DNA of 64,000 nucleotides from an uncultured Solirubrobacterales bacterium (GTDB taxonomy: Bacteria > Actinomycetota > Thermoleophilia > Solirubrobacterales > 70-9): the NCBI GenBank assembly GCA_963821025.1, contig CAWGCG010000003.1:1144931-1208930 (forward strand), read 5' to 3'. Positions 8,309 to 18,056 of the stretch are shown one piece after another. The notes beneath the pieces are model-generated. The model saw nothing but the letters and a program-made list of their open reading frames with translations, was not told the origin of the DNA and ran no database searches. The translations under genes and the position numbers were made by a program. Position 1 is the first letter of the stretch, and each line of letters begins with the position of its first letter.

Positions 8309-9562
8309 ATGAACTCGACGATCAGCGATCGCTACCAACTGGGCGACAGGCTCGGATCGGGCGGGATGTCGACCGTCTACCGGGCGACCGACGGGGTGCT
8401 CGAGCGCACCGTCGCGGTCAAGATCCTCGCCGAGCACCTGTCCGACGACGACAAGTTCGTGGCCCGGTTTCGCCGCGAGGCACTCGCGGTCGCGAAGCTG
8501 ATCCACCCGAACATCGTCCAGGTCTACGACACCGGCGTCGACGCCGGGCGTCACTACATCGTCATGGAGTACGTCGAGGGCAAGTCGGTCGCCCAGCTCC
8601 TGCAAACGCGCGGGCGCCTCGGCGCCGACAGCGCGGTCGAGATCGGCACCCAGGCCTGCGCCGGCCTCGAGTACGCCCACCGCCAGGGGATCATCCACAG
8701 AGACGTCAAGCCCGGCAATCTGATGGTGGTCGGCGGGCCAGCAGGCCGGCGCAGCCGCGACTCTTCCGCGCACGAGCCGCCGACCGGTGAGATGACCGTG
8801 AAGCTGACCGATTTCGGGATCGCCCGCGCCACGGCCCAGAGCCGCCTCACCCAGGTCGGCTCAGTGGTCGGCACCGCCGCCTACCTGGCGCCCGAGCAGG
8901 CCCGCGGTGAGGAGGCGACCCCGGCGGCCGACGTCTACGCGCTCGGGGTCGTCCTCTACCAGATCCTCACCGGCCGCCTGCCCTGGGAGGGCTCGACCCT
9001 GGCAGAGCTCGCGATCCGCCGCGAGAACGAGCAGCCGCTGCCGCCGTCCTCCTATGACCCAGACGTCCCGGAGACGCTCTCGCGAGCCGTCCTGCGCTCG
9101 CTCGAAGGCGATGTCGCGGCGCGCTACTCGTCGGCGCGCGAGCTCTCGCGGGCGCTCGAATCGGGTCTCCGCGGCGAGGAGCCGCCGGTGCCCGAGGACG
9201 AGCTGCCGACGAACATGCTGGCGACCGGCGCGCCAACCGCGGCGACGAGCCGCATGGATCCCGACCCGCCGACCCCGGTCGCTCCACAGCCGGTCGCCCG
9301 CCCCCGCCGGGCGCCGTCGCCGGTGCCGCGCCACGCGCCCACCCCCGCCCCGACGGCGCAGCCGCAACGCTCGCTCGCGGGCCGCGTCGGCCGTGCGATC
9401 GGGGTTTTGTTGTTGATCGCGATCCTCGCGGCCGTGATCGCGGGAGCGGTGCTGCTGCTCACCGACGCCGGCCAGAACACCGACGTCGGCGAGCTGATCA
9501 AGCAGGAGGTCGACGATCAGATCCAGTCGCTCAAGGACTTCATCCAGGAGAACACGCAGTAA
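8309..9562 (+). CDS. Ser/Thr protein kinase (Hanks type) with C-terminal TM anchor
   Basis: GSGGMSTVY glycine loop, VAVK, HRDVKPGN, DFGIA, and APE (AYLAPEQ). C-terminal helix IGVLLLIAILAAVIAGAVLLL. Confidence 0.9.
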   Translation: MNSTISDRYQLGDRLGSGGMSTVYRATDGVLERTVAVKILAEHLSDDDKFVARFRREALAVAKLIHPNIVQVYDTGVDAGRHYIVMEYVEGKSVAQLLQTRGRLGADSAVEIGTQACAGLEYAHRQGIIHRDVKPGNLMVVGGPAGRRSRDSSAHEPPTGEMTVKLTDFGIARATAQSRLTQVGSVVGTAAYLAPEQARGEEATPAADVYALGVVLYQILTGRLPWEGSTLAELAIRRENEQPLPPSSYDPDVPETLSRAVLRSLEGDVAARYSSARELSRALESGLRGEEPPVPEDELPTNMLATGAPTAATSRMDPDPPTPVAPQPVARPRRAPSPVPRHAPTPAPTAQPQRSLAGRVGRAIGVLLLIAILAAVIAGAVLLLTDAGQNTDVGELIKQEVDDQIQSLKDFIQENTQ

Positions 9563-9565
9563 TTC

Positions 9566-9606
9566 GCCATTCGCCGCTCGAGTGGCAAGTGCCGGTGGCG
9601 AGTGGC
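9566..9606. terminator. Hairpin between convergent kinase and tgt genes (ATTCGCC heptads)
   Basis: GCCATTCGCC (9566..9575) pairs with GGCGAGTGGC (9597..9606), allowing one G-U. Inner GGC-aagt-GCC stem. The hairpin overlaps the tgt stop codon. Confidence 0.5.
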
Positions 9607-10802
9607 TACCAAGGCGTCGCGCCCGCCAGCACGTCTTCCCGATAGCCGTCGAAGCGCCCGCCGAGGATCGCCGCTCGCGCCCCGGCGACCAGCCGCTCGA
9701 GGAAGCTGAGGTTGTGCAGGCTGAGCAGCCGGCCCGCGGTCTGCGGCTCGGCGCGGAAGAGGTAGTGGAGATAGGCGCGAGAGTGGCGGGCGCAGGTCGG
9801 GCACGGACAGCCCTCGACCAGCGGCGCCCGGTCGGCCGCCAGGCGCGGCTTGCTCAGGTCGAAGCGAAACCGCGACTCCGGCAACGGCGCCAGCGCCATC
9901 GCGTGGCGGGCGAGCCGGGTCGGAACCGCGCAATCGAACAGGTCGATCCCAAGTCCGATCCCGGCGAGCAGGTCGTCGGGCTCACCGATCCCGAGCAGGT
10001 GCTTGGGAGGCGCGGGCGGCAGCATCGGCAGGGTGAGCTCCAGGACTCCATGCATCTCGGGCTTGTCGCGCCCCAGGGTGCCGCCGATCGCCAGGCCGTC
10101 GACCGCGGCCTCGGCGACCGCGTCGGCTGACTCGCGGCGCAGGTCCGCGTGGACTCCACCCTGGACGATCCCGAAAACCGCCTGGGTCGTCGGGCCGTTC
10201 TCGCGCTGCCAGTCGAGGCAGCGCCGAAGCCAGCGATGGGTGCGCTCGGTCGAGCGCGCCGTGTACTCGCGGTCGGCGTGAAACGGGGTGCATTCATCGA
10301 AGGCGAGCGCGATGTCGGAGCCGAGCGCCGCCTGCACCGCCATCGACTCCTCCGGGCCCATGAATCGCTCGGAGCCGTCGAGATAGGAGCGAAAAGCGAC
10401 CCCGCGCTCTGCGATCGAGATCACGCCGCCGCTGGTGCCGGCGCCGCCGCGCCGGCCCTTGATCTCGTCGGCGACGTTGCCGTGGGCCAGCGAGAACACC
10501 TGGAAGCCCCCGGAGTCGGTGATCAGCGCGCGCTCCCAGCCGATGAACCGGTGCAGGCCGCCGAGCTCTGAGATCCGCTCCGCGCCGGGGCTGAGGAAGA
10601 GGTGGAAGGTGTTGCCGAGGATCAGCTCGAAGCCGAGCCCGGCGACGTCGCCGAGGTCGAGCGTCCTCACCGCCCCGCGGGTCGCCAATGGGATGAACGC
10701 CGGGGTCGCCACGGCGCCGTGGGAGGTGATCAGCCGCCCCGTCCGGGCGGTCCCGTCGCGGGCCTGGATCTCGAACCGAAGCCGAGCCGGATCGTCTCGC
10801 AC
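9606..10802 (-). CDS. tgt: tRNA-guanine transglycosylase (queuine tRNA-ribosyltransferase)
   Basis: TPAFIPLATRGAV, LGNTFHL, ITDSGGFQVFS, and zinc site CPCPTCARHSRAYLHYL. Start set at GTG 10802. The track ORF extends to 11357, but that extension is Pro/Arg/Ser-rich and antisense to the next gene. Confidence 0.9.
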   Translation of the reverse strand: MRDDPARLRFEIQARDGTARTGRLITSHGAVATPAFIPLATRGAVRTLDLGDVAGLGFELILGNTFHLFLSPGAERISELGGLHRFIGWERALITDSGGFQVFSLAHGNVADEIKGRRGGAGTSGGVISIAERGVAFRSYLDGSERFMGPEESMAVQAALGSDIALAFDECTPFHADREYTARSTERTHRWLRRCLDWQRENGPTTQAVFGIVQGGVHADLRRESADAVAEAAVDGLAIGGTLGRDKPEMHGVLELTLPMLPPAPPKHLLGIGEPDDLLAGIGLGIDLFDCAVPTRLARHAMALAPLPESRFRFDLSKPRLAADRAPLVEGCPCPTCARHSRAYLHYLFRAEPQTAGRLLSLHNLSFLERLVAGARAAILGGRFDGYREDVLAGATPW

Positions 10803-10812
10803 GACCGCGACA

Positions 10813-11772
10813 CTAGTGAGCGGTCGAGGCGCGCTCGAAGCGGCCGGCGAGCCGGCGCACCCGCTCGGCGAACTCGGGCGGCTCGAGGACGGTGAACTCG
10901 ACCCCGATCTCGGCGACGTAGACGGCGAGGCCGCCGAGCCAGTCAGAGCCGGCGCGCAGCAGGCAGCTGCGCTCGTCGATCGCCTCCAGCGTCCCGACCC
11001 CCGGCGGCACTCGGTCGGCGACCTCGGCGAGCGGCGCGTGCAGGAGCACCTCGGCGCGGTAGCGGTCACGCGCCGCCGAGACCCCGTCGGAGACGTAGGA
11101 GGCGAGGTCCTCGGCGGGCGGGGTGCGGGGAACGAAGCCGCCGCCGGTGCGCAGCCCGGGCGCGACCCGGTCGACACGGAAGCTGCGCCAGCCGCCGCGC
11201 GCGGTGTCCCAGGCGACCAGGTACCAGCGACGTCCGGTGTGCACGAGGCCGAGCGGCTCGACCTCTCGCCGGCTCTCTTCGCCGCGGTGGTTGCGGTAGG
11301 TGAACCGGACCCGATCGGAGTCTCGGCAGGCGGACGCGATTGCGGCCAGCGTGGCACCGTCGACCTCGGGTCCCGATCCGCGGTAGGGCACCGTCGCCGA
11401 CCCGATCGCGGTCACCCGCCGTCGCACCCCCGCCGGCAGCACCTGCTCGAGCTTGGCCAGCGCCCTGACCGAGGTCTGCTCGATCCCCGCGACCCCGGCA
11501 CTGGCAGCGGTGCGAAGGCCGACCGCGACCGCGACCGCCTCGCCCTCGTCGAGCAACAGCGGCGGCAGCGATGCCCCCGCGGCCAGCCGGTAACCGCCGG
11601 CGACGCCGCGGCGCGCCTGGACCGGGTAGCCGAGCGCCCGCAGGCGCTCGACATCGCGGCGAATCGTCCGCACTCCCACCTCGAGGCGCGCGGCGAGCTC
11701 GGGCCCGGCCCAGTCGCGACGAGCCTGCAGCAGCGAGAGCAGCTCCAGCAGCCTGGCGGAGGTGTCGAGCAT
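10813..11772 (-). CDS. HTH + WYL domain transcriptional regulator (YafY/PafBC-like)
   Basis: N-terminal wHTH ARLLELLSLLQARRDWAGPELAARLEVGVRTIRRDVERLRALGYPV. Central RRWYLVAWD WYL-type strand. Confidence 0.8.
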   Translation of the reverse strand: MLDTSARLLELLSLLQARRDWAGPELAARLEVGVRTIRRDVERLRALGYPVQARRGVAGGYRLAAGASLPPLLLDEGEAVAVAVGLRTAASAGVAGIEQTSVRALAKLEQVLPAGVRRRVTAIGSATVPYRGSGPEVDGATLAAIASACRDSDRVRFTYRNHRGEESRREVEPLGLVHTGRRWYLVAWDTARGGWRSFRVDRVAPGLRTGGGFVPRTPPAEDLASYVSDGVSAARDRYRAEVLLHAPLAEVADRVPPGVGTLEAIDERSCLLRAGSDWLGGLAVYVAEIGVEFTVLEPPEFAERVRRLAGRFERASTAH

Positions 11773-11858
11773 GATCTCAGGATCCCATCAAATGCGGACT
11801 GAAAGTGACCTTAATTGTGCTTAGCCTGGTGCGCACGTCAACCGAGAAAGGAACCGAG

Positions 11859-12227
11859 ATGGACTTCAAGATCGAACTGATCGCGATCCCGGTCACCGAC
11901 GTCGATCGCGCCAAGGCGTTCTACGAGAGCGCCGGTTTCAACGCCGATCACGACCAACGGGTCAGCGAGAGCCTGCGCTTCGTCCAGCTGACGCCGCCCG
12001 GCTCGGCCTGCTCGATCTGCATCGGCGAGGGGCTGACCAACGCGGCGCCCGGCTCGGTCGAGGGCATGCAGATGGTCGTCTCCGAGATCGAGGCAGCGCG
12101 CGCTGCGCTCGCCGACGGTGGGGTCGAGGTGAGCGAGGTCGACCACCAGGGCTGGGGCGACTTCGTCTACTTCGCCGACCCCGACGGCAATCGCTGGGCG
12201 GTCCAGGCGGTCCCCGACCGCGGCTAG
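11859..12227 (+). CDS. VOC/glyoxalase family protein
   Basis: MDFKIELIAIPVTDVDRAKAFYE and C-terminal FADPDGNRWAVQ. ATG 11859 is preceded by GAAAGGA, so it is preferred over the upstream track start 11805. Confidence 0.75.
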   Translation: MDFKIELIAIPVTDVDRAKAFYESAGFNADHDQRVSESLRFVQLTPPGSACSICIGEGLTNAAPGSVEGMQMVVSEIEAARAALADGGVEVSEVDHQGWGDFVYFADPDGNRWAVQAVPDRG

Positions 12228-12233
12228 CCCCCG

Positions 12234-13763
12234 CTAGTCGCCGACGATCAGAGAACGCCCCGTCATCGCCTCGGGCTGCTCGATCCCGAGCAGCTCGAGG
12301 ACGGTCGGGGCGACGTCCGCGAGCGCCCCTCCCTCGGCGAGCGCGATCCCATCGACCGTGACCACCAGCGGCACCGGGTTGAGCGAGTGGGCGGTGTTCG
12401 GCGAGCCGTCCTCGTTCAGCAGGTGGTCGGCATTGCCGTGGTCGGCGGTGACCACGCAGGCGCCACCGCGCTCGCGCACGGCCGCGACCACCTCGCCGAG
12501 ACAGGCGTCGACGGTCTCGATCGCGCGCACAGCAGCGGGGATCGAGCCGGTGTGGCCAACCATGTCGGGGTTGGCGAAGTTGATGATCGCGAAGCCGTAA
12601 TCGTGCTCGGACCAGCGCCGGCGAAACTCGTCGGCGGCGGCGCCGGCGCTCATCTCGGGCTTCTCGTCATAGGTTGCGACGTCGCGAGGTGAATCGACCA
12701 GGCCGCGATCCTCCCCCGTCCACGGGGTCTCTCGGCCACCATTGAAGAAGTAGGTCACGTGTGCGTACTTCTCGGTCTCGGCGACGTGCAGTTGATCGAC
12801 GCCGTGCTCGGCCAGGACCTCGGCCAGGGTCGTATCTGGCTCTCGCGGGGCAAACGCCACCGGGTAGTCCCAGTCCTCGCGGTACTCGGTCATGCAGGTG
12901 AGCGCGAGCTCCGGGGCCGCGCCGCGGTCGAACTGGTCGAAGTCGGGACCGCCGAGCGCCTCGGTCAGCTGCCGGGCGCGGTCGGGGCGAAAGTTGAACT
13001 GGAGCACGGGTTCGCCGTCGGTGATCCCCTCGTAGTCGCCGATCACGGTCGGGCGGACGAACTCATCGGTCTCGTCGCGCTCGCGTGCCCCGGCGATCGC
13101 CTCCGCGGCGCTCGCGGCGCGCAGCCCCTCGGCGTGGACGATCGCGTCGTAGGCGAGCTCGATTCGCTCCCAGCGGTGGTCGCGGTCCATCCCGTAGTAG
13201 CGCCCCCCGACGGTCCCAATCCGGCCGGCTCGACGCAGCCAGCGCTCGACCTCCTCCAGATAGCCCTCGGCCGAGGTGGGAGAGGTGTCGCGGCCGTCGG
13301 TGAGCGCGTGGACGACGACCTCGGGGACGCCCTCCTGGGCGGCGAGCTCGATGCAGGCCTCGATGTGCTCCCAGCCCGAGTGGACGCCTCCGTCGGAGAC
13401 AAGCCCGATCAGGTGCAGGCGCCCGCGCGGAGCGCCGCGGGCCGACTCGCAGGCGGCCAGCAGCGCCTCGTTCTCGAAGAAGCTGCCGTCGGCGATCGCG
13501 TCGTCGATCCGGGCCAGGTCCTGCTTGACCACCGCCCCGGCGCCGAGGTTTAGGTGGCCGACCTCCGAGTTGCCCATCTGGCCCTCGGGGAGGCCGACGG
13601 CGCGCCCGCCGGCGGCCAGCGTGGTCCGGGCAAAGTCCCCCCAGAGCTGGTCGAAGACCGGGGTCTCGGCGAGACCGACGGCGTTGCCCGGCCCGTCCGG
13701 CGCCAGGCCCCAGCCGTCGAGGACGATCAGGGCGACGGAAGGAACCGGCAGCACGGAGGGCAT
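12234..13763 (-). CDS. gpmI: 2,3-bisphosphoglycerate-independent phosphoglycerate mutase
   Basis: 509 aa with LIVLDGWG, GNSEVGHLNLGAG, and TADHGNA motifs. Confidence 0.95.
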   Translation of the reverse strand: MPSVLPVPSVALIVLDGWGLAPDGPGNAVGLAETPVFDQLWGDFARTTLAAGGRAVGLPEGQMGNSEVGHLNLGAGAVVKQDLARIDDAIADGSFFENEALLAACESARGAPRGRLHLIGLVSDGGVHSGWEHIEACIELAAQEGVPEVVVHALTDGRDTSPTSAEGYLEEVERWLRRAGRIGTVGGRYYGMDRDHRWERIELAYDAIVHAEGLRAASAAEAIAGARERDETDEFVRPTVIGDYEGITDGEPVLQFNFRPDRARQLTEALGGPDFDQFDRGAAPELALTCMTEYREDWDYPVAFAPREPDTTLAEVLAEHGVDQLHVAETEKYAHVTYFFNGGRETPWTGEDRGLVDSPRDVATYDEKPEMSAGAAADEFRRRWSEHDYGFAIINFANPDMVGHTGSIPAAVRAIETVDACLGEVVAAVRERGGACVVTADHGNADHLLNEDGSPNTAHSLNPVPLVVTVDGIALAEGGALADVAPTVLELLGIEQPEAMTGRSLIVGD

Positions 13764-13773
13764 CAGAACCTCG

Positions 13774-13843
13774 AGTAGGCAGTAGGCAGTGGGCAGTTCG
13801 CAGGCCGCAGACTCTGCCTACTGCCCACTGCAAACTGCCTACT
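13774..13843. repeat. Heptad-periodic palindromic element, AGTAGGC family, copy A
   Basis: Ten successive 7-nt units: AGTAGGC AGTAGGC AGTGGGC AGTTCGC AGGCCGC AGACTCT GCCTACT GCCCACT GCAAACT GCCTACT. 13774..13783 pairs with 13834..13843, and 13786..13797 pairs with 13820..13831. Confidence 0.8.
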
Positions 13844-14574
13844 CATCCTTCGGCCGCCTTACAGATCTCAATGAACTCAGCCACTTCCAGCGAAGCGCCT
13901 CCCACAAGCCCTCCGTCGATGTCCGCTTGCCCGAACAGCTCGGCGGCGTTCGCCGACTTGACCGAGCCGCCGTAGACGATCCGGACCCCCGCCGCGGCCT
14001 CCGGGTCGAGCAGCGAGCGGATGAAGGCGCACGCCTCCTGCGCCTGCTCGGGCGTCGCCGTGCGCCCGGTGCCGATCGCCCAGATCGGTTCGTAGGCGAT
14101 CACCACGGCGTGCAGGTCGCCGGCGTCGACCGCGGCGACGTCGGCCTCGACCTGGGCCCGCAGCACCGCCTCGGTCTCGCCGGCGTCGCGCTGCGCCTCG
14201 GTCTCGCCGACGCAGAGGATCGGCAGCAGTGCGGCTGAGAGCAGCGCCGGCAGCTTGCGCGCCAGCGCCTCGTCGGTCTCGGCGTAGAGCGCCCGGCGCT
14301 CGGAGTGACCGACGATCGCCCCGGCGACGCCGAGCTCGGCCAGCATCGGGATCGAGATCTCGCCGGTGAACGCCCCCGACTCGTGCTGGTTGACGTTCTG
14401 GGAGGCGATTCGCAGGTCCGAGCGCCGGGCGCGCTCGACCGCCGCTGCCAGGGCCGTGTAGGGCGGGCAGACTACGATCTCGATTCCGGCGAGCTCGCCG
14501 AGCTCGCCGAGGAAGCGGTCGAGGAAGTCCTCCGTCTCGGCCACGGTCTTGTGCATCTTCCAGTTCGCCGCCAC
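13843..14574 (-). CDS. tpiA: Triosephosphate isomerase
   Basis: AANWKMHKT, IVGHSERR, and YEPIWAIGTG motifs. Confidence 0.95.
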   Translation of the reverse strand: MAANWKMHKTVAETEDFLDRFLGELGELAGIEIVVCPPYTALAAAVERARRSDLRIASQNVNQHESGAFTGEISIPMLAELGVAGAIVGHSERRALYAETDEALARKLPALLSAALLPILCVGETEAQRDAGETEAVLRAQVEADVAAVDAGDLHAVVIAYEPIWAIGTGRTATPEQAQEACAFIRSLLDPEAAAGVRIVYGGSVKSANAAELFGQADIDGGLVGGASLEVAEFIEICKAAEG

Positions 14575-14587
14575 CAGCGGCCTACGC

Positions 14588-15796
14588 TCAGCGATCCGCG
14601 AGAACCTCCACCCCCGGCAACTTCCTTCCCTCCATCAGCTCGAGCGAGGCGCCGCCCCCGGTCGAGAGCCAGTCGACTCGCCGGTCGAGGTCGAACTGCA
14701 CCAGCGCCGCGGCCGAGTCGCCGCCGCCGACCACGGTGAAGCCCGGAGCCGCGGCGACCGCCTCGGCGACAGCTCTGGTCCCGGCCGCGAACGGCTCGAG
14801 CTCGAAGGCGCCCATCGGCCCGTTCCAGAACACGGTGCCGGCGTCGGCGACCACCCGGCCGTACTCCGACGCCGTCCTCGGTCCGATGTCGAGCCCCATC
14901 CAGCCTTCGGGGACCGCGGTTCCGTCGAGCTCGCGGACCTCGGTGGCGGCGTCGAACTCGCGCCCGAGCACGAGATCGGTCGGCAAGAACAGCTCACAGG
15001 CGCTGGCCTCGGCGCGCTCGAGCGCACGCTCGGCGGGTGCGATCCCCTGCTCGTCGACCAGCGAGTCGCCGGTCGCCCGCCCCTGAGCGCGAAAGAAGCT
15101 GAAGCACATCGCCCCCCCGATCAGGATGCTGTCGGCGCTCTCGAGGAAGCGGTCGATGACCCCGATCTTGTCGCTGACCTTCGCCCCGCCGAGGACCACG
15201 CACAGGGGGCGCTCGGGATCGTCGCGAACCGCGGTCAGCTCGCGGACCTCGCGCTCGAGCAACAGCCCGGCGGATCCGGGCAGCAGCTCGGCGACGCCGA
15301 CGGTGGTGGCGTGGGCGCGGTGCGCGGCGCCGAACGCGTCGTCGACGTAGATTTCGGCCAGACGTGCCAGGGCCGCCGCCAGCTGCGGATCGTTCTCGGT
15401 CTCCCCGGTCTCGAAGCGGCTGTTCTCGAGCACCAGCACGTCCCCGGGCCCGAGCCGCTGCGCCTCGGCCTCGACCTCCGGCCCGACCACCGCCGGCGCC
15501 GCCTGCACCTCGGCCCCGAGCAGCTCTCCGAGACGGGCCGCCACGGGGGCCATAGAGAGCTCCGGGTCGGGGCCATCGGGCCGGCCGAGGTGCGAGACCA
15601 ACACCAGCGCCGCGCCACGCTGGCGGATCAGCTCGATCGTCGGCAGGGCAGCTCGGATCCGGGTGTCATCGGCGACCACGCGGCCGTCGTGGTGGTCGGT
15701 GAGCGGGACGTTGAAGTCGACCCGGACCAGCGCCCGCGCACGATCGAGCGGGGCGTCGCGAACGCTCGCCTTGGTGAACGTGCCGCGCTCGTTCAA
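14588..15796 (-). CDS. pgk: Phosphoglycerate kinase
   Basis: VRVDFNVPL, SHLGRP, and GGGDSAAA motifs; 402 aa. Confidence 0.95.
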   Translation of the reverse strand: MNERGTFTKASVRDAPLDRARALVRVDFNVPLTDHHDGRVVADDTRIRAALPTIELIRQRGAALVLVSHLGRPDGPDPELSMAPVAARLGELLGAEVQAAPAVVGPEVEAEAQRLGPGDVLVLENSRFETGETENDPQLAAALARLAEIYVDDAFGAAHRAHATTVGVAELLPGSAGLLLEREVRELTAVRDDPERPLCVVLGGAKVSDKIGVIDRFLESADSILIGGAMCFSFFRAQGRATGDSLVDEQGIAPAERALERAEASACELFLPTDLVLGREFDAATEVRELDGTAVPEGWMGLDIGPRTASEYGRVVADAGTVFWNGPMGAFELEPFAAGTRAVAEAVAAAPGFTVVGGGDSAAALVQFDLDRRVDWLSTGGGASLELMEGRKLPGVEVLADR

Positions 15797-15803
15797 GCCG
15801 CTC

Positions 15804-16841
<1,038 letters not shown>

Positions 16842-17213
16842 CTAGCTCGCGTCACCCGATCTCACGGCCACCTCGACGCGGTGTCCCTCCGGGTCGAGCA
16901 GATAGGCCGAGTAATAGCTCGCACCGTACTCGGGGCGCGGCCCGGGCGCGCCGTCGTCGCTGCCACCGGCGGCGATTCCCGACTCCCAGGCCGCCTTGAC
17001 CGCGGGAATGCTGTTGGCGGTGAAACAGACATGGCCGCCGCCGGGACCGCGCGAGCCGCGCGCGGAGGCATAGAAGACGGGTCTGACGATGCCCCATCCG
17101 ATCAGCTCGTCGCTGTCGTCGTGGCGGCGCCAGCCGAGCGAGCCGAGCACCGCGTCGTAGAACCGCCCGCAGGGCTCGAGCCGGTCGACCGCGACGCTGA
17201 CGTGATGAATCAC
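16842..17213 (-). CDS. VOC/glyoxalase family protein
   Basis: MIHHVSVAVDRLEPCGRFYDAVLGSLG and C-terminal LLDPEGHRVEV. Confidence 0.7.
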   Translation of the reverse strand: MIHHVSVAVDRLEPCGRFYDAVLGSLGWRRHDDSDELIGWGIVRPVFYASARGSRGPGGGHVCFTANSIPAVKAAWESGIAAGGSDDGAPGPRPEYGASYYSAYLLDPEGHRVEVAVRSGDAS

Positions 17214-17279
17214 GCCGGAGAACCTACTTACGACTGGGCGCCGAGGCGTTCAGAGACTGTCCAGCCTTGTCCCGCGGGC

Positions 17280-18056
17280 TCAGGTTCCGCGCGGCGTCCA
17301 GCGGAAGAACCGCAGCGCGAGCACCAGCCCGAGCACGCCCCAGCCGGCGACCACGGCGAGGTGGCCCCACTCGAAGCCGCTGCCCACGGTCGCCGGCGAC
17401 CAGGAGGCATAGAAGGCCTCGAAGAAGTGCCGGATCGGGAACAGCGACGCGAACTGGAGGACGCCGTCGGGGATCTCAGTCTCGGGGATGAACACGCCGG
17501 AGAGGAAATAGAGCGGCAAAACCGTGACGTTTGCGATCGCCGGCGCCGCCTCCTCGGACGGGATCACCACGGTCAGCGCAACCCCGAGGCAACAGAAGGC
17601 CCCGGCGCCGATCGCCAGCGTCACCAAAACCGCGGGCAAGTGCTCCCAGGGGATCTCGACGTCGTAGAGCAGCCTGCCGATGGTGACCACCAAGACCAGC
17701 ATCAAGACCGAGACCACCAGCGCATTGCCAATCCGGCCGGCGAAGAACGCCCAGTCGGGCAACGGGGTGCCTCGGCCGCGCTTCAGGATTCCGTCCTCGC
17801 GGTCGGTGGTGAGCCGGATCGAGAGGCTCTGCAGGGTCGCCGAGACGATCGCCAGGGTGAGGATCGCGGGCACGTAGTAGGTCGTCGTCTTCACCGTGAC
17901 GCCCTGCTGGTCGATGTCGTCGTTGCCGAAGATCGTGGCGAAGATCAAGAGGAAGATCAGCGGCAGGGCGACGGTGAAGAAGACCGCGGCCGGGTTGCGC
18001 CAGAAGATCCGCTGATCGAATCGAAACTGATGCCAGGCCAGGCGGGCGCCGCTCAT
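17280..18056 (-). CDS. ABC-2 type transporter permease
   Basis: Start at the internal ATG giving MSGARLAWHQFRFDQRIFWRNPAAVFFT, followed by six predicted TM helices. ATGA overlap with the upstream ATPase stop. Confidence 0.75.
   Translation of the reverse strand: MSGARLAWHQFRFDQRIFWRNPAAVFFTVALPLIFLLIFATIFGNDDIDQQGVTVKTTTYYVPAILTLAIVSATLQSLSIRLTTDREDGILKRGRGTPLPDWAFFAGRIGNALVVSVLMLVLVVTIGRLLYDVEIPWEHLPAVLVTLAIGAGAFCCLGVALTVVIPSEEAAPAIANVTVLPLYFLSGVFIPETEIPDGVLQFASLFPIRHFFEAFYASWSPATVGSGFEWGHLAVVAGWGVLGLVLALRFFRWTPRGT

Noticed and set aside
10803-11357. 185-codon N-terminal extension of the tgt ORF given by the track (9606..11357).
   Set aside because: The extension is Pro/Arg/Ser-rich junk lying antisense to the WYL regulator gene. 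The Tgt homology starts right at GTG 10802, and the WYL gene stop at 10813 fits that boundary.
13774-13843. Whether the heptad-repeat elements (here, and at 58540, 23219 and 9566) could be a CRISPR array or minisatellite.
   Set aside because: The units are only 7 nt long with no spacers. Each locus is a self-complementary palindrome rather than repeat-spacer architecture, and no cas genes are present.
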